Origin: a phage
Sequence record: PZ509022.1
Strand: one strand, 5' to 3'
Length of the DNA stretch: 64,000 nucleotides
The notes under the pieces were generated by a model. The model saw only the letters and a program-made list of their open reading frames with translations. It was not told where the DNA came from and did no database searches. This document shows, one piece after another, positions 30,423-40,655 of the stretch. Position 1 is the stretch's first letter. The number at the start of each line of letters is the position of its first letter. The position numbers and the translations under genes are program-made.

Positions 30423-30643
30423 ATTTCCTCACTTTGAAATCATAGTTGGAATAACAGAATCAAGATAAGTCTTTAGTGCAATAGCTTCGTCTTTGGTAAA
30501 TGTGACAATATGTGCTCGAAAATCGTCAATTTGACGAATAGTTAAGACGTCTCCATCTTCATAGCATTTTGAAACATTTAAAATAGTTTCATCATTATGA
30601 TTACAGGAGTTAGTAATAATAGCATTGCAATTTTTAAGCCATT

Positions 30644-30982
30644 TTAAACTATGTTTTCTTTCATTAGAATAATAAAATATTTAATCTTAGTTATAAAATT
30701 ATCCCAATTGTTAATTGATAAGCATATTGACTCGCTTTCAATATTAAATCCTAGGCATAAAGAATAGAAATGAATTTTATGCTCATCATTAATGCTTACA
30801 ATTTTATCAGTATAAGGTTTTTCAATTTGGGTTAAATGAATAATTTCGCTAGGCGTAAAATATAGCATATCGTCTTCTTGCGTCAAACGATACATATTAT
30901 TTACTTTTTCTATAGCCAATTCACCAAAAAATGAACTAACTTCTAATACTAATCGTTTCATATTAATCCTTTTTATTGGCAC
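30644..30982 (-). CDS. hypothetical protein (112 aa)
   Basis: ORF track. Confidence 0.4.
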   Translation of the reverse strand: MPIKRINMKRLVLEVSSFFGELAIEKVNNMYRLTQEDDMLYFTPSEIIHLTQIEKPYTDKIVSINDEHKIHFYSLCLGFNIESESICLSINNWDNFITKIKYFIILMKENIV

Positions 30983-31241
30983 GAATTTGTTCTAAAATTT
31001 TAGAATATTCCTTTGTATCAGATTTACGTACAATTGATACACTATAAGGCATACTATCGGTGTCTTTTATAAAGCGTTCCAAATGACACTCTAACAAAAT
31101 TTCTGGATTATAAATCGTGTACATCAAATTACCTGTTGCTCCACGATATTGGCAGATTTCTACTGATTGAACACCATTCCATAATTTTGTTAAAACTAAA
31201 TCACCTACTTCTAATTTAGGAAAGCCCATGTTATTCACCAA
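30963..31241 (-). CDS. hypothetical protein (92 aa)
   Basis: ORF track. Confidence 0.4.
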   Translation of the reverse strand: MVNNMGFPKLEVGDLVLTKLWNGVQSVEICQYRGATGNLMYTIYNPEILLECHLERFIKDTDSMPYSVSIVRKSDTKEYSKILEQIRANKKD

Positions 31242-31416
31242 TTAAAGTTTCAATATAAGAATCAAGATTTACTTTAGCTTCTTCCATAAGAGTTTTGTAT
31301 TTAATCTTGTTAGCATGTCCGGAGAAAGCTGATTCATCAATAATTGTTGATGTATGAACAGCTTTACTATACGTCTCAATTAATTCTCTTAATTTAAAAG
31401 CCTGCTCACTTGTCAT
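31231..31416 (-). CDS. hypothetical protein (61 aa)
   Basis: ORF track. Confidence 0.35.
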   Translation of the reverse strand: MTSEQAFKLRELIETYSKAVHTSTIIDESAFSGHANKIKYKTLMEEAKVNLDSYIETLIGE

Positions 31417-31540
31417 TACATACTCCTTTGAATAATATCAATAATGTTGTTCACCAGATTATAAGTAAACATTGGGTAATTATATTGAATCATCACATAC
31501 ACAACAAACAAAACTTTCATTCTCTTCTCCTTGGCAGTTG

Positions 31541-31578
31541 ACAAGATTACTATACCATAACCTTGTCAACTTGTAAAC
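31541..31578 (-). promoter_or_regulatory. T4-type early promoter
   Basis: plus tactataccat ... tgtaaac. Confidence 0.45.
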
Positions 31579-31743
31579 CATTAAATGGCGTTTTCAATAA
31601 AATTCTGAAGCTTTGTGTGAGCATCAACCATGATTTTCATTTCTTCTTTTGCGAAAGCTGTACCTCTTTCCCGAGCAGAATACTCATAGTCAGAAACTGC
31701 GTTAGCATATTCTTCAATTAGTTTCATTAAAAACATCTGCTTT

Positions 31744-31938
31744 TCAGTTTTCATTATTCCACCTAATCATTTCAAGATATTGAACTAACTTAGCTTTGGA
31801 TTTATCCAAATCCTTTTTAGCTGCTTCTATACCGTCGTATGAATATCCTTCACAATGCTCAACTGCTAATTGATATGAATCTATTTCAATATCACGTGCT
31901 AATTTAATGATTTTTTCAAACTGTTCGCGTGTTAGCAT
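31744..31938 (-). CDS. hypothetical protein (64 aa)
   Basis: ORF track. Confidence 0.4.
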   Translation of the reverse strand: MLTREQFEKIIKLARDIEIDSYQLAVEHCEGYSYDGIEAAKKDLDKSKAKLVQYLEMIRWNNEN

Positions 31939-31940
31939 AC

Positions 31941-32180
31941 TTAAACTCTCGTATTATGATCGATAATTTCATCAAGAAACATATCTAACGCTTCTACAGC
32001 ATTATTAACTTTATCTTCAAGTTCTTCAATACTTTTATTTGCAATTCCTGACGAAAACCAAGCAAAGTCACTAAGTTCCTCATCTGCTTTACGAATTAAA
32101 GCTACCAATTCCTTAATTTTATCCGCTTGTTCGATACTAATCATTATTCTACCACATATGAAAGAGAGAATATTGCACAC
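31941..32180 (-). CDS. hypothetical protein (79 aa)
   Basis: ORF track. Confidence 0.4.
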
Positions 32181-32332
32181 GCCATGTGAGTTGCAACTTC
32201 ATCACACATATTATAACGTTTCTTAAGAAGTTCTACAAGTTCTTCACTAGTAACTTCATCCATGTCGACGAAAAAATCACCATTAATGATGACGTAGATA
32301 TTTCCTTCTTGATTGAGTGCTTCAATTTTCAT
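32144..32332 (-). CDS. hypothetical protein (62 aa)
   Basis: ORF 32144..32377 trimmed to MKIEALNQ so the early promoter lies upstream. Confidence 0.4.
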
Positions 32333-32358
32333 GATGTTCTCCTCTTTATCTGATAGTT

Positions 32359-32390
32359 GTATAGTACCACAACTCAAACGGAAAGTAAAC
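32359..32390 (-). promoter_or_regulatory. T4-type early promoter
   Basis: plus tatagtacc ... agtaaac. Confidence 0.5.
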
Positions 32391-32397
32391 CGGTAAA

Positions 32398-32420
32398 ATG
32401 AAAAAAGTCTCCCGAAGGAG
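32398..32420 (-). terminator. UUCG-loop hairpin gtctcc-cgaa-ggagac plus U-run
   Basis: rc hairpin followed by TTTTTTCATTTT. Confidence 0.65.
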
Positions 32421-32427
32421 ACTAATG

Positions 32428-32814
32428 TTATTCGAGGGAAAGAAGATACTTACTCTGGTAAAACATTCCAGTAATATCATCTATCGTGCTTTGAATGGCT
32501 GGAGGCATTTCTTTATAAATGCTGTTAGATTGGTCTAGTATGCGATCAATCATTTTAATTGTGTCGGTAGGAAGTTTACTGGCATCTGGAATTGAAGGTG
32601 TGTATTTTCTACCAGAATACCCCAAATATTGCTCACCAAATTTATCAATCAAATCTGGCAACTCGGAGAAAATAAAATCGTATGCTTTGTGTCTAGCATA
32701 ATTTTTAGTTTCAAAATGTGCAGAATGAAAATAAGCTTGTGCAGCCATTAATAAACCTAAGTATTCATCTGCCTTTGAAGGTTTTCCACTTTGTGAAAAG
32801 TCGCTGAATTTCAT
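32428..32814 (-). CDS. hypothetical protein upstream of rI (128 aa)
   Basis: ORF track. Confidence 0.5.
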
Positions 32815-33104
32815 TCAGTCTCCAATTTAATGTTCATAATTCTAGCGTATGATTGTGCCATCTCCGCGCCTCGCTCTATACATTCAAAATCAGAAGAGCA
32901 CGGGTCATTTTTATAGGTCGTTCTCATAAAACTATAGAATTGTTCAGACGATTCTACGCTTTTATTTTCAAAAAGTGTATAAACGTGCCTAATACCAGAT
33001 TCCATAAATTTATCAAAATGAGGATCGACATTCGCTTCAATCGGTGGAGATAAAGCAAACGCTAATCCTAGCATGGCAAATAGTGCCGTTGCTTTTAAGG
33101 CCAT
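32811..33104 (-). CDS. rI: lysis-inhibition regulator RI (97 aa, signal-anchor)
   Basis: 97 aa, N-terminal signal MALKATALFAMLGLAFA, matches my recollection of T4 RI. Confidence 0.8.
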   Translation of the reverse strand: MALKATALFAMLGLAFALSPPIEANVDPHFDKFMESGIRHVYTLFENKSVESSEQFYSFMRTTYKNDPCSSDFECIERGAEMAQSYARIMNIKLETE

Positions 33105-33116
33105 AAAGGCCTCCTA

Positions 33117-33329
33117 TCATTTTTGTCCTGTATTTACTTTATGCCGATGCACGGCCTTAACTTTATCAAGGTATTTTTCAAAATTTCGCAATCTAGTATA
33201 GTCTGCCGGAGATTGGTTGAGTGATACTTCTCGACGCAAAGCTGAAATGATATTTCCAACTTCCCTACGAATTTCATCTAATTGAAGAACAGTAAGATTG
33301 CGAAGTTGCTTTTCAGTTAATTGTAGCAT
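33117..33329 (-). CDS. hypothetical protein (70 aa)
   Basis: ORF track. Confidence 0.4.
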
Positions 33330-33371
33330 ATATACCCCTTTAGTTAGATAAACCTATTTATAACTTTTGCA

Positions 33372-33953
33372 CTAACCGAGCTTTTTAGTTAATTCGTTCC
33401 AATGTTTTCTACACAAAGAAACATAAATTTCATCACCAATACAGATTTGATTACCTTCTTTAACTGGTGTTCCATCTTCCATTAATCGAGCTGTCATAAT
33501 AGCTTTTTTACCACAATGACAAACTGCCTTTAGTTCAATAAGTTTATCTGCAATCGCCAAAAGTTCTTTAGAACCTTCAAATAATTTTCCAGCGAAATCA
33601 GTCCTTAGCCCATAAGCCATAACAGGAACATTATATGTATCAACAATTCGACTTAATTGATGCACCTGTTCAGTTTTTAAAAACTGAGCTTCATCTACAA
33701 ATACACAATGAATATCTTTTTGTGCTTCAGCCCATTTATAGAACTCAAAAATATCCATATCATCCGTAATAATATTCGCTTCCTGCTTAATTCCAATGCG
33801 AGAAACGACTTCACAGACAGAATCGCGAGTATCAATAGCAGGCTTAAGAACTAATACACCCATTCCGCGTTCTTTATAATTATGTGCAGCAGTCAAAAGA
33901 GAAGCAGATTTTCCAGCATTCATTGCTGCGTAAGTAAAAATTAAACTCGCCAT
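33372..33953 (-). CDS. tk: thymidine kinase (193 aa)
   Basis: P-loop MNAGKSASLL, C-terminal Cys pairs. Confidence 0.9.
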   Translation of the reverse strand: MASLIFTYAAMNAGKSASLLTAAHNYKERGMGVLVLKPAIDTRDSVCEVVSRIGIKQEANIITDDMDIFEFYKWAEAQKDIHCVFVDEAQFLKTEQVHQLSRIVDTYNVPVMAYGLRTDFAGKLFEGSKELLAIADKLIELKAVCHCGKKAIMTARLMEDGTPVKEGNQICIGDEIYVSLCRKHWNELTKKLG

Positions 33954-33962
33954 ATCACCTTC

Positions 33963-34154
33963 TTAAAGCATATTCACATAAGCTATTAATTCGTTTTCTT
34001 TCTTATCAAACCGATCAGCAAATTCTTCTTGCTGTTCGGGAGATAGCGGGCCGTATTCATCATAAAAGGTGTTTGCTTCTGTATGCTCATCTAGAAGTTC
34101 ATGGATAAGCTCAAACAATTTATCTTTTTGTTCTTTACTCAGACTCATAACCAT
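33963..34154 (-). CDS. hypothetical acidic protein (63 aa)
   Basis: ORF track. Confidence 0.4.
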   Translation of the reverse strand: MVMSLSKEQKDKLFELIHELLDEHTEANTFYDEYGPLSPEQQEEFADRFDKKENELIAYVNML

Positions 34155-34372
34155 GTCACCTTTAAGCAGTATTCTTCTACATGCTGTTTACGACCTTTCT
34201 TATCAATAAAGGTATATTCAACGAATGTTCCAATGTAGTCTTTATCTACATCATGTGGACTATTAATTGGACATTTAGTACGGCAAATGCGTTCCCATTG
34301 ACGAATAATTACTGCCTTATTCTTTGGGTCATACGGATGTGGATAATGTATATTCATAATAACGGTTCCCAA
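34145..34372 (-). CDS. hypothetical protein (75 aa)
   Basis: ORF track. Confidence 0.4.
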   Translation of the reverse strand: MGTVIMNIHYPHPYDPKNKAVIIRQWERICRTKCPINSPHDVDKDYIGTFVEYTFIDKKGRKQHVEEYCLKVTWL

Positions 34373-34821
34373 TCAACAATCACAATTTCTAATTTAGAGG
34401 AATATGTATCTAAAATCCCCTCAATAATATCCCAGTTCCCTTTACCTATGGCTGCTCCAATCCTAGGCATATAGATTGTAGGTTTAATCAGTTTATTTTC
34501 ACCAAACTCATTTAATTCTAACATACAATTCATTAAAGCGGAATACTCAAAATTTGGCCCTGGTTGAAATTGAGTATAAAGATTAAAGCAGTAAGCTTTA
34601 TGAGTCCTAAAGTATTTTTCATAGACTGAGTAAGAACCGAGTTTAGTTACATCGCCCCATTCTGTCTGTAATTTATCAGCTTCCAAAATTTTAGGGAAAG
34701 CTTTGGTTAATTGACCCGCTACGCCTGAACCCATAGTATGAAAACAATTGCATCCATGCGCAATATTTTTACCTTCAGCGAAAAGGGCGACAATATCGCC
34801 CTTGATATATTTTACAATCAT
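34354..34821 (-). CDS. macro-domain-like protein (155 aa)
   Basis: GDIVALFAEGKNIAHGCNCFHTMGSGVAGQL resembles the macro-domain Gly-rich ADP-ribose-binding loop. Confidence 0.5.
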   Translation of the reverse strand: MIVKYIKGDIVALFAEGKNIAHGCNCFHTMGSGVAGQLTKAFPKILEADKLQTEWGDVTKLGSYSVYEKYFRTHKAYCFNLYTQFQPGPNFEYSALMNCMLELNEFGENKLIKPTIYMPRIGAAIGKGNWDIIEGILDTYSSKLEIVIVDWEPLL

Positions 34822-35159
34822 CTAGTACTCAATCCTCGATTATAAGAATCTACCAAACGGTCAACCATTGAATGACAAGCGGCTTTATCTTTCTCCTCCG
34901 CAACTGAACATTCTAAGGTATTCCACTTTTTAGCATATCGTTTTAATAATGTATCGTTTTTGTATCTGCTTGATTTATCTCTTTCTCCGTCTTTATATGC
35001 ATATATTAATTTCTGTGCAAATTCAGCTTGGCATGCTTTATTTTTCCCACAATAATCTGCCGCAGTGCGGTTTACATATTCTCTAATTTCAGTATATGAT
35101 GTATCTGCTAACGCAGAAAATGAAATTAATCCTATACATAAAACCAAAATTTTAGTCAT
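34818..35159 (-). CDS. secreted Cys-containing protein (113 aa, signal peptide)
   Basis: N-terminal MTKILVLCIGLISFSALA. Confidence 0.5.
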   Translation of the reverse strand: MTKILVLCIGLISFSALADTSYTEIREYVNRTAADYCGKNKACQAEFAQKLIYAYKDGERDKSSRYKNDTLLKRYAKKWNTLECSVAEEKDKAACHSMVDRLVDSYNRGLSTR

Positions 35160-35697
35160 TTACTATTTCCAAAAGTTTATTATTTTTAAGGTAATTAGCC
35201 TTTTCTAGGACTTCAGAAGCATATTTAGAACCAGCTTTAACATTCCATCCCGAATTATAAGAGGATATTGCTTTTCTTATATCGCCCTTATGTATATTTA
35301 ACCAATAAGAAAGTTCAATGTACGCCCAGGAAGCTGAATTGGACCGTTTATTCAACATTCTTTTTATTTCAGCATCGGTCATATTATAACCAAGTTCCTT
35401 AACTCTCGCTCGCATAGTAGGCAAATAATTTTGGAACATTCCGTAGGCGTGATGCTTTGGTTTAGATTTTAAATTAACTCCGCCAGAGCTTTCTTGCCAT
35501 AAAATGGCTGCCATTATATGACCTAATCCGCTCTTGTGGATATTTTTGTGTGTTTTATATTTTCCATCCTTAGAAAATTGTTCCCCGAATTGATACGCGT
35601 AACGCATGTTATCGAGTTGGACATTACTGAAAGTATGCTCGGAGCTATGCGCCATCATTGAAATGGCCAATAGACCAGCGAGTAGTGCTTTTCTCAT
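35152..35697 (-). CDS. secreted lytic-transglycosylase-like protein (181 aa)
   Basis: signal peptide; WQESSGG ... YGMFQ resembles the SLT catalytic region. Confidence 0.45.
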   Translation of the reverse strand: MRKALLAGLLAISMMAHSSEHTFSNVQLDNMRYAYQFGEQFSKDGKYKTHKNIHKSGLGHIMAAILWQESSGGVNLKSKPKHHAYGMFQNYLPTMRARVKELGYNMTDAEIKRMLNKRSNSASWAYIELSYWLNIHKGDIRKAISSYNSGWNVKAGSKYASEVLEKANYLKNNKLLEIVND

Positions 35698-35704
35698 GCT
35701 TACC

Positions 35705-36166
35705 TCATTGAGTTTTAATTACTGCTTTAGAAGCCTTTCCTGGTAAACGACGACTGTTGATAATTGCCATCCTACATTGAAGTGACGGGTCTTTGAACTT
35801 CGCGTTAGGTTTACAAACTGTAAATCCAAGCCAAAGATTTCCATCTGTGATTTCTAAACGTCCAGGACGATATTCAACCCCATCAATAAAATCCTCGTCA
35901 ATGTCAGGACGCGGAGGCATACTCAGGAATTCATTAACTTCTAAAACATGGTCTTTTATTTTATGGAATAATTCAAAAACATATGTCTCATCAATCTCCC
36001 GTTGAATTGCACGATCAAGAAGATGTTGAGAATATTTTAGATGAAACGATGAGACTCCTGCTGCTTTTGATGCCTCACGAATCTCATTGTTAATTTGACG
36101 AAACTCCGACTCAAAGTGACGACGAAGCTTATTTCGACGGATAAAAACTTCTGTATTGATAGTCAT
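35705..36166 (-). CDS. regB: RegB endoribonuclease (153 aa)
   Basis: 153 aa at the T4 regB position with early promoter upstream. Confidence 0.7.
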   Translation of the reverse strand: MTINTEVFIRRNKLRRHFESEFRQINNEIREASKAAGVSSFHLKYSQHLLDRAIQREIDETYVFELFHKIKDHVLEVNEFLSMPPRPDIDEDFIDGVEYRPGRLEITDGNLWLGFTVCKPNAKFKDPSLQCRMAIINSRRLPGKASKAVIKTQ

Positions 36167-36193
36167 GTTATTCTCCTCTTAACTGATAGAAAA

Positions 36194-36223
36194 ATTATAC
36201 CACAGTCAAGAGGAAAAGTAAAC
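36194..36223 (-). promoter_or_regulatory. T4-type early promoter (rc GTTTAC, 18 nt, TGG TATAAT)
   Basis: plus attataccac ... gtaaac. Confidence 0.55.
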
Positions 36224-36225
36224 AG

Positions 36226-36504
36226 TTATTCTTTAAATCTAATCAATTTATTCATAGACTTTGAAACTTCTGCACGAACCTCATGTAGATTTTTGAGCTG
36301 TTCAAGACGCTGCTCATAGTAAGCAATTTCATCTTCTTCGAGACAGTCCTGTGAATCTTCTTTAAGATAACGTGCATAGTCCTGGAAAGCGTTACGAACT
36401 ACTTCCTGGAAGTCATCAAGACTTTGAATTTTCTTAGGAGCAACAGATACACGACGAGGGGCAGTATAATACTCATAACCAAACCCTGCGCTTAATTGAG
36501 CCAT
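36226..36504 (-). CDS. hypothetical protein
   Basis: ORF 36226..36546 trimmed to MAQLSAG. Confidence 0.4.
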   Translation of the reverse strand: MAQLSAGFGYEYYTAPRRVSVAPKKIQSLDDFQEVVRNAFQDYARYLKEDSQDCLEEDEIAYYEQRLEQLKNLHEVRAEVSKSMNKLIRFKE

Positions 36505-36770
36505 TAGTATTTTTCCTCTGGTTGGAACACTGCGCGACAAGCCCACATACTGGCTTCTTTGAGTTTCATTTTAGCAATAGTTAACTGATCGAGGCTTTCG
36601 GCGTAATTCTTCGCGAGTTCATCATCTTCACAGCTATCAAATGCTTCCCAGAATTCATCATATAAAGCATCAAAGATAAGCCCTAAACGAACTTCAGCAT
36701 CTTTGATAGCATTCACTTTACTGATTTTATCGTCAGTATGTGGTTTATAACCTTTAATGTCTTCAATCAT
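36504..36770 (-). CDS. hypothetical acidic protein (88 aa)
   Basis: ORF track. Confidence 0.45.
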   Translation of the reverse strand: MIEDIKGYKPHTDDKISKVNAIKDAEVRLGLIFDALYDEFWEAFDSCEDDELAKNYAESLDQLTIAKMKLKEASMWACRAVFQPEEKY

Positions 36771-36984
36771 ATTTTACTTCCTCACCTGTTCCCAAATCAT
36801 ATTCAACTAAACGAATAGGTTCATGAATGCCATATCCTTGAACAGAAATTTCTGTCGTAGGATAAATTCCATTAATATCACCCATGTTCCATGCTTCGTT
36901 AAATTGCTGTTCGCCTGAATTACTAAACCACTCGGCGAAAGCATTTAGCACATCTTCAGAACCTTCAATAATTATCTTTGCCAT
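36763..36984 (-). CDS. hypothetical protein (73 aa)
   Basis: ORF track. Confidence 0.45.
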   Translation of the reverse strand: MAKIIIEGSEDVLNAFAEWFSNSGEQQFNEAWNMGDINGIYPTTEISVQGYGIHEPIRLVEYDLGTGEEVKYD

Positions 36985-37346
36985 TACAAACTCTCGGTGA
37001 AGGTACGAGCGATAACGTCGCGCTGCTGTTCCGGAGTCAGAGAGTTAAAGCGAACTGCATAACCGGATACACGGATGGTCAGCTGCGGATATTTTTCCGG
37101 ATGCTTAACTGCATCTTCCAGAGTTTCACGACGCAGAACGTTAACGTTCAGGTGTTGACCACCTTCAATTTTAACTGTAGGCTGTTGCTCAATTTCAATT
37201 TCACGGGCATGCAAACCATAGAAAATTTCTGGGTCTACAAAAGAGTCCTCTTTAAAGGTTTTAGAGACAATAATTCGTGCTTGAATACCATCTTCAAAAT
37301 AAATAGTACCTTTATGTGTGCCTTCAAGAATTTGATATGCTTTCAT
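36984..37346 (-). CDS. autonomous glycyl-radical cofactor, GrcA/YfiD-like (120 aa)
   Basis: C-terminal [19 protein letters not shown] matches the RVSGY glycyl-radical motif. Confidence 0.7.
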   Translation of the reverse strand: MKAYQILEGTHKGTIYFEDGIQARIIVSKTFKEDSFVDPEIFYGLHAREIEIEQQPTVKIEGGQHLNVNVLRRETLEDAVKHPEKYPQLTIRVSGYAVRFNSLTPEQQRDVIARTFTESL

Positions 37347-37352
37347 ATAACC

Positions 37353-37682
37353 TCAATTAAAAAATAAATTTATCCAAGATTGTTCTTTAATTAAAAATGG
37401 CTCAGAATCATATGCCATTAAACTCTGTGTGATTAGTCCTTTAAAAGGCCCATCAATAAATTCCATGGTAAAATATGGAATTTTATTCATTAGCCGTGCA
37501 TTAGGAGCCGTGCACAAAACTCTGCATCCTTTGAATACGCCTTTTTGTAATTTGTATTGCTTGGGATAAAATTCGCTCAAAATGTTATTTTTTGCCAAAA
37601 TTTCAAAATGATTCACCAATTTATTTTTAATAGTTTTTGGCGAAAAATAAAGATATTCGAAAAGCTGAGTGTCTGTCATCAT
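37353..37682 (-). CDS. hypothetical protein
   Basis: ORF 37353..37733 trimmed to internal Met after upstream stop. Confidence 0.35.
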   Translation of the reverse strand: MMTDTQLFEYLYFSPKTIKNKLVNHFEILAKNNILSEFYPKQYKLQKGVFKGCRVLCTAPNARLMNKIPYFTMEFIDGPFKGLITQSLMAYDSEPFLIKEQSWINLFFN

Positions 37683-38218
37683 TGCATTCCGATTACGAAA
37701 AACTGTGGACGAGTAATACCACCAATGCAACATTTAATATTACAGCAGCAGTGTACAGTGTCAATATGGACACTATAAATCTTATCCATATCAGGAGATT
37801 TGACAGGCTCATCAATTATATACAAAATTCGCGAAAGCGATAAACCTCTGAACTTGCTTCCTTTATTACCAATAAAACTGCGCACAGAATCAGTAAATAA
37901 ACGAAAACGTATATCATCATTAGAATAACGCGAAAATTCCTTTTTAATATTATCTGCGGAAATTTTAGCGTAAGCTGAAGTATTAGAAAGAACAATAACT
38001 GTTCCACCGTCATACAACCAATTAGCGGCAAAATTAGTTACTGCAGTTGATTTACCAGATTGACGCCCACCATCTAGTCGAAGTGTACAATACTGTTTAA
38101 GTAAGTCTTCAAATGGCGGGATATATTCGTTTTTACAAATTTCTTCTACTCTAGCATCAGAATGGTGTGTAAAAGCATTCATCAGGGATAGATAAGGACC
38201 AGTTAAAAATGTTCTCAT
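37679..38218 (-). CDS. small P-loop protein (GGRQSGKST)
   Basis: ORF 37679..38266 trimmed; Walker A-like and hhhhDE motifs. Confidence 0.4.
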   Translation of the reverse strand: MRTFLTGPYLSLMNAFTHHSDARVEEICKNEYIPPFEDLLKQYCTLRLDGGRQSGKSTAVTNFAANWLYDGGTVIVLSNTSAYAKISADNIKKEFSRYSNDDIRFRLFTDSVRSFIGNKGSKFRGLSLSRILYIIDEPVKSPDMDKIYSVHIDTVHCCCNIKCCIGGITRPQFFVIGMQ

Positions 38219-38363
38219 TTTGTTCTCTCTAGGTTTGGGCCATTCCATGGCGCATGAATTGTCCATTTCTGTATTTACCCATTACCGCACTTGGGCTCGA
38301 CCTTATTACAGGTTGGCGGGAATCCCTCACAGAATCATGAGGTCCAGGTTATTCCCATGTTAT

Positions 38364-38780
38364 TTAAATGTAAATATTTTTGCCGTAATACTTATACCAG
38401 TGTGGCTTCATTAAAATTTTTTCATCGAGTCGTTGTTGACTCAACTTAATAGCTGATTTGCATGGATTATAATCATTTTTCCATTCTACTGGAATATCGC
38501 TGATGTCAGGAACTTCAGTATCTTTTATACTGAACCCGCGTTTTAAGCATTCCGTTATAATGTCCGATTGACGCTTTCGCAAAAATTCTAACTTATCGTA
38601 AAAGAAAGTAACATGACCAGAACCTAAAATAAATTTAGAAGATATTTTAAAATCTTTAACACGCTTACCATTTGCCACATGCTTACGAACTATACCAAAA
38701 ACACGCGGCAATTCACGGTATTCTGCGATTAAATGTTGATCAGCAAGTTCAGATACTAAAGTCAAATTAATACGAGTCAT
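38364..38780 (-). CDS. denV: endonuclease V, pyrimidine-dimer DNA glycosylase (138 aa)
   Basis: 138 aa, N-terminal [17 protein letters not shown] as in T4 DenV. Confidence 0.9.
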   Translation of the reverse strand: MTRINLTLVSELADQHLIAEYRELPRVFGIVRKHVANGKRVKDFKISSKFILGSGHVTFFYDKLEFLRKRQSDIITECLKRGFSIKDTEVPDISDIPVEWKNDYNPCKSAIKLSQQRLDEKILMKPHWYKYYGKNIYI

Positions 38781-38803
38781 TTTATCCCTCCAAGTAACTG
38801 TGA

Positions 38804-38835
38804 ATATACTATCACAATTCTAGGAGAAAGTAAAC
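38804..38835 (-). promoter_or_regulatory. T4-type early promoter
   Basis: plus atatactatcac ... gtaaac. Confidence 0.5.
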
Positions 38836-38839
38836 AACT

Positions 38840-39370
<531 letters not shown>

Positions 39371-39826
39371 TTAAAAGAGGCTGTTCATTATTCGGTAAAG
39401 TGAAGGACCCATCACATATTGCCACTGAGTACGAGGAATAAGAGCAAAAGCATCCATCTCTGGAATCATAACGCCATCTTTATTTTCAAAATAAGACTCG
39501 CAATGGCAATTTCTAAACATCTCATGCTCTACTGGAATCGTATAATAAAATAACTGTAAGTCTTTATTACTAGAATATTTAAATACACCTAGGTCTTCTA
39601 GAAGGTCTGGATTATAATTGCTAAAACCGGTCTCTTCTAAGCATTCTCTTTTTGCAGCTTCCAGTGCATTCAAATCAGAACTTTCTACACGTCCCTTTGG
39701 AATATCCCAGCGATGTGCCATCATTCCAGGCTTACGAGAACCAGTAACCCGACCCATAAATAAATCTTTATCTTCTGTCATGAAGATAATACCAGCTGAT
39801 AATGTTTTCATTTTAATTTCCTGCAT
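39371..39826 (-). CDS. nudE: Nudix hydrolase (151 aa)
   Basis: Nudix box GRVESSDLNALEAAKRECLEETGF. Confidence 0.8.
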   Translation of the reverse strand: MQEIKMKTLSAGIIFMTEDKDLFMGRVTGSRKPGMMAHRWDIPKGRVESSDLNALEAAKRECLEETGFSNYNPDLLEDLGVFKYSSNKDLQLFYYTIPVEHEMFRNCHCESYFENKDGVMIPEMDAFALIPRTQWQYVMGPSLYRIMNSLF

Positions 39827-40296
39827 TCAGTGATAAAGTTATTTAAATTTTGAGTATATTTCTTTTCATCAAAAATCTTTTGTTGTCTGCGTAGCCGCCA
39901 TGGCATTTCAATGAACGTGTACCATATCCCAGATAATATTGATGCTGTAAAAATATTAACAAGTATGGTTAAAAGAATCCAATCTCCTATTCTGTCCATT
40001 GGATTTTTTATAAAAAAGTAAAATACGAATGATGACACAGGAAGACTAATGATATACCACAGAATCATAATCTTATCTGTGAACCATTCAGCATTCGTTA
40101 ACTTAGCACGACCATTATGAATACACACGAATTTATCATCTGTTACAGTAGATGGCTTAACTGCTTGATATCCCATTCTAAACTCCCTAATTAATCGTTT
40201 CTTTGTATCTTCAGAACAGCCGCTCCAGTCAACTCTATCAACTGAAATGCCATCGTCCCCATCATCTAAATCATACCAGCGAGTTTTTAAAATCAT
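39808..40296 (-). CDS. 2-TM membrane protein, paralog family member (162 aa)
   Basis: two TM segments; C-terminal NNFITECRKLK. Confidence 0.5.
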   Translation of the reverse strand: MILKTRWYDLDDGDDGISVDRVDWSGCSEDTKKRLIREFRMGYQAVKPSTVTDDKFVCIHNGRAKLTNAEWFTDKIMILWYIISLPVSSFVFYFFIKNPMDRIGDWILLTILVNIFTASILSGIWYTFIEMPWRLRRQQKIFDEKKYTQNLNNFITECRKLK

Positions 40297-40655
40297 TTAA
40301 TTTTCCTACAATCACTCACAAACTCTTCCATTGATTCTTTTTCAATATAAGACATATAGCTATTATATTCCTTTAATTGTATTTTGTAATCCTTTTTTCT
40401 TTGCCAATTTATTTTAAAATTATCATAATGAAAATATAACATGGTACCAAAGAATGAAAATAATGAAATCGCTATAGTAAAACGAAGTTCACTCCAAACC
40501 TCTGTTATAATTACTGTGCCGTCGATATTTAAAATAAAACAGTCAATTAACAATCCAATAAGACTACCCGCAAGAGCTGTAAATACTGATACAGCAAGAA
40601 TTAATAGTGCCTCAGGAAACGAATATTTGACTTTATTTAGTTTTGGCTTTTGCAT
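40293..40655 (-). CDS. 2-TM membrane protein, paralog family member (120 aa)
   Basis: two TM segments; C-terminal EEFVSDCRKIK. Confidence 0.5.
   Translation of the reverse strand: MQKPKLNKVKYSFPEALLILAVSVFTALAGSLIGLLIDCFILNIDGTVIITEVWSELRFTIAISLFSFFGTMLYFHYDNFKINWQRKKDYKIQLKEYNSYMSYIEKESMEEFVSDCRKIK

Noticed and set aside
135-37367. Numerous plus-strand ORFs of 60-140 aa inside minus-strand genes (for example 135..338, 2174..2461, 5824..6240, 8236..8619, 36978..37367)
   Set aside because: Antisense shadow ORFs within long, well-supported minus-strand genes; AT-rich low-complexity translations
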